Source: a virus
Lineage: Duplodnaviria > Heunggongvirae > Uroviricota > Caudoviricetes
Length of the DNA stretch: 9,143 nucleotides
IMG/VR virus record: IMGVR_UViG_2681813261_000008
Reading direction: 5' to 3' (one strand)
The translations under genes and the position numbers were made by a program. Under the pieces are notes generated by a model. The model saw nothing but the letters and a program-made list of their open reading frames with translations. It ran no database searches and was not told the origin of the DNA. This document shows positions 7,594 to 9,143 of the stretch, piece by piece (the first letter of the stretch is position 1; each line of letters begins with the position of its first letter).

Positions 7594-7905
7594 ATGACGA
7601 CACCAACCAGACGGATAAGTTTCTATCTGAAGCCTGCGGCCGTCAAGAACGAAAGCGAAGCATGCGCCTGGCTGGGCAGCCTTACACCAGAAGCCCGCAA
7701 AAGCGGCCAACGCGTGGCTTTTCTGGCCGGGCTGGCACTTCTGAAAATGAATCCAGCAGAGGCTTACCGACTGGCTGCATGGGCTGACGATGAGGCGTTA
7801 TCGGTGACACAAACCAGGACAGAACGCCCCGTGCCACAGCCAGTACCAACCGCACAGATAACCAGTCAGATAGCAGGGAATATCCGGGCATTATTTCCTG
7901 AATGA
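7594..7905 (+). CDS. parR: ParR/StbB-like centromere-binding adaptor (about 103 aa)
   Basis: Starts 5 nt after the parM stop with SD AAGGAG (7581-7585). RISFYLKPAAVKNESEACAWLGSLTPEARKSGQRVAFLAGLALL parallels the R1 ParR N-terminal ribbon-helix-helix region as recalled (TIAFKLNPDV...LDSIPQGERSRLNRAALTAGLALY). C-terminal IRALFPE resembles ILRSLFPKE. Track ORF 7459..7905 is an N-terminally over-extended version. Confidence 0.75.
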   Translation: MTTPTRRISFYLKPAAVKNESEACAWLGSLTPEARKSGQRVAFLAGLALLKMNPAEAYRLAAWADDEALSVTQTRTERPVPQPVPTAQITSQIAGNIRALFPE

Positions 7906-7965
7906 CGAATTTGACGGCTTTTAATTTTATCGGGGTGCACTGTCGCCCCGCACGAGGAAAACACG

Positions 7966-8490
7966 ATGAAAAAATACGAATACATGCTAATGAAAGAAGC
8001 ACTGCGGGCTGGTCTGGCTCCCTGTCCTGTATCCGTAGAAGCTGTTGTTGGGAACACGATTTTCCGAACGCTGCGAAATCGCGTATCCGTGAAGATGGTT
8101 CACCAACCACCCAAATCTACCAGCATGATCTATCTGCCGCTGCCCGAGGCTATCAAACTTATGCGTTCGCTGAAATTTGCGATTTGGATGCAGACACAAA
8201 TCAACAAAGCGGTGCAAAACACCTTCGTTAAGAGACTAATACCGGAGCTTGCTGCCAGATGTGCAAAATGTACCAGACCCGCACTTCAATTTGATCTGTC
8301 ATTGATTCAACAAGCTACGGAGGCAGAACTGTACCGCCTGTCACCTATCCGTGATGCTCACACGGAAGCATCAGAAATGTTCCGGCTCATGTTTCAATTT
8401 AATTTTGCCGTTCGACGCACACGCGTTCAGGTCAATCGCATGATGCAGGAGCAGGAAGAGTTAACACAGTACAAAGGGGGCAGCCAGTGA
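7966..8490 (+). CDS. Hypothetical protein (174 aa), first gene of a three-gene cluster
   Basis: ORF with SD GAGGA (7954-7958) 7 nt upstream. No family recognised. Stop overlaps the next start (GTGA at 8487-8490). Confidence 0.55.
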   Translation: MKKYEYMLMKEALRAGLAPCPVSVEAVVGNTIFRTLRNRVSVKMVHQPPKSTSMIYLPLPEAIKLMRSLKFAIWMQTQINKAVQNTFVKRLIPELAARCAKCTRPALQFDLSLIQQATEAELYRLSPIRDAHTEASEMFRLMFQFNFAVRRTRVQVNRMMQEQEELTQYKGGSQ

Positions 8491-8726
8491 GTAATTCAGC
8501 ACGACTACAGCTTGGTTTTTCACCGCTATCAAAAACCATCGTATTGGCAAAAATGCGTGACTTAGGAGACGGAACAAAACGCCGCGTAGGAAATGATCGC
8601 GGTCGCGATGTAACCAACGAGGCCGCTCAACTCGTTTGGCATCTAGTCATGGCAGAAGGCGGTGAAATTAATTGGGAGCTGGATGATGGTTCTCGTATGA
8701 TTTTGAGGGCCGAGAAGAGTAAATAG
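8487..8726 (+). CDS. Hypothetical protein (79 aa), GTG start coupled to the upstream gene
   Basis: GTG at 8487 overlapping the upstream stop, preceded by SD AAGGGGG (8474-8480). No recognisable motif. Confidence 0.45.
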   Translation: MSNSARLQLGFSPLSKTIVLAKMRDLGDGTKRRVGNDRGRDVTNEAAQLVWHLVMAEGGEINWELDDGSRMILRAEKSK

Positions 8727-8740
8727 CTCAAGGGGGATTA

Positions 8741-8926
8741 ATGCTAAATGATGATGAAGAAGAGCTGCTTATGCAGGAATGGTCGCTCGGTGATTATGAT
8801 AATGGTGAAAATGGGTGCCCGCATTGTGGCCGTTATCGTTTATGTATCTGCCAGAATGGAAAACACAGATGTGAAAAGTGCAATTGGTCTCCGGAACTTA
8901 ATGACTACGTGCCGATCGAGTGGTAG
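8741..8926 (+). CDS. Small acidic cysteine-rich protein (61 aa), putative zinc-ribbon
   Basis: ATG at 8741 preceded by AGGGGG (8731-8736). Six cysteines as CPHC-x5-CIC-x6-CEKC, with acidic N- and C-termini. Preferred over the overlapping 8748..8942 frame, whose product looks less protein-like. Confidence 0.45.
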   Translation: MLNDDEEELLMQEWSLGDYDNGENGCPHCGRYRLCICQNGKHRCEKCNWSPELNDYVPIEW

Positions 8927-8966
8927 AGGTAAGTCACACTAGGTGTTTTTTAGTTGATTTTATAAA

Positions 8967-8993
8967 TGCACAATAGTGCACAAATTTGCACAA
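8967..8993. repeat. Three TGCACAA repeats at exact 10-bp phasing (8967-8973, 8977-8983, 8987-8993) in an AT-rich tract; iteron-like
   Basis: Read directly: TGCACAATAG TGCACAAATT TGCACAATTT. One helical turn apart, as expected for a protein-binding iteron array. Confidence 0.5.
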
Positions 8994-9036
8994 TTTTTTT
9001 GAACGACTTTTTGCCCTTCCGGCCCGCGTGGCGGCT

Positions 9037-9090
9037 GGATCCGTCAAGGATCCGTGCATGCACAAAAAAACGCGTTTTTTCTGCGCGCAG
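9037..9090. repeat. Palindrome cluster: tandem GGATCCGT x2 (9037-9044, 9048-9055), GTGCATGCAC (9054-9063), AAAAAACGCGTTTTTT (9065-9080), CTGCGCGCAG (9081-9090)
   Basis: All are perfect palindromes or exact direct repeats read from the sequence, packed into about 55 bp immediately left of the IS1 end. Confidence 0.5.
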
Positions 9091-9095
9091 GTGAC

Positions 9096-9143
9096 GGTGA
9101 TGCTGCCAACTTACTGATTTAGTGTATGATGGTGTTTTTGAGG
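9096..9143 (+). mobile_element. IS1 left terminal inverted repeat and first 48 bp of the element; IS1 continues beyond the window
   Basis: GGTGATGCTGCCAACTTACTGATTTAGTGTATGATGGTGTTTTTGAGG matches the IS1 IRL (GGTGATGCTGCCAACTTACTGAT) and the sequence that follows it, as recalled from memory. insA would begin just beyond the window edge. Confidence 0.8.

Noticed and set aside
7931-7950. GC stem CGGGG...CCCCG after parR as a terminator
   Set aside because: The T-rich tract precedes rather than follows the stem on the plus strand, and the minus-strand reading has an A-rich tail; not canonical.
7682-8217. Minus-strand ORFs 7682..8110, 7866..8057 and 7987..8217, and plus-strand 7902..8231
   Set aside because: Overlap the parR-like and 174-aa genes in other frames, without ribosome-binding sites.
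8748-8942. Alternative-frame ORF 8748..8942 (64 aa)
   Set aside because: Overlaps the 8741 frame. Its product is hydrophobic and low-complexity, whereas the 8741 frame encodes a patterned Cys-rich protein with closer SD spacing. Low certainty either way.
8927-8951. Intrinsic terminator after the 8741-8926 gene
   Set aside because: A T-run exists (8946-8951) but the preceding stem is only about 4 bp (ACAC/GTGT); too weak to call.
9037-9090. Palindrome cluster as an engineered polylinker (BamHI x2, SphI, MluI, BssHII-like sites)
   Set aside because: No vector backbone features nearby and the flanks are natural-looking phage and IS1 sequence. Treated as a native structured site, though contamination cannot be excluded from sequence alone.
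1-9143. tRNA, rRNA or CRISPR array
   Set aside because: No cloverleaf-like or regularly spaced repeat-spacer structure was seen. The attachment site and any tRNA target would lie left of the truncated int, outside the window.

Overview
The window reads as the regulatory and replication side of a P2-family-like integrated element that also carries a plasmid-type partition cassette, ending at an IS1 terminus. All calls rest on by-eye translation and recalled family motifs; no searches were run. Left to right: a 3'-truncated tyrosine integrase (minus strand, 1-936), a CI-like HTH repressor upstream in the same orientation (986-1297), then a rightward operon of eight small genes (1393-3724) ending in a 940-aa P2 gpA-type HUH rolling-circle replication initiator (3731-6553). 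This is followed by ParM-like and ParR-like genes (6630-7905), three coupled genes of unknown function (7966-8926), a repeat- and palindrome-dense non-coding stretch (8950-9095), and the first 48 bp of IS1 (9096-9143). No structural phage genes, tRNA, rRNA or CRISPR array are visible. The most interesting points are the fusion of a phage lysogeny/replication module with a parMR cassette, the palindromic 25-bp repeats at the gpA/parM junction, the unknown three-gene cluster, and the iteron-like right end.
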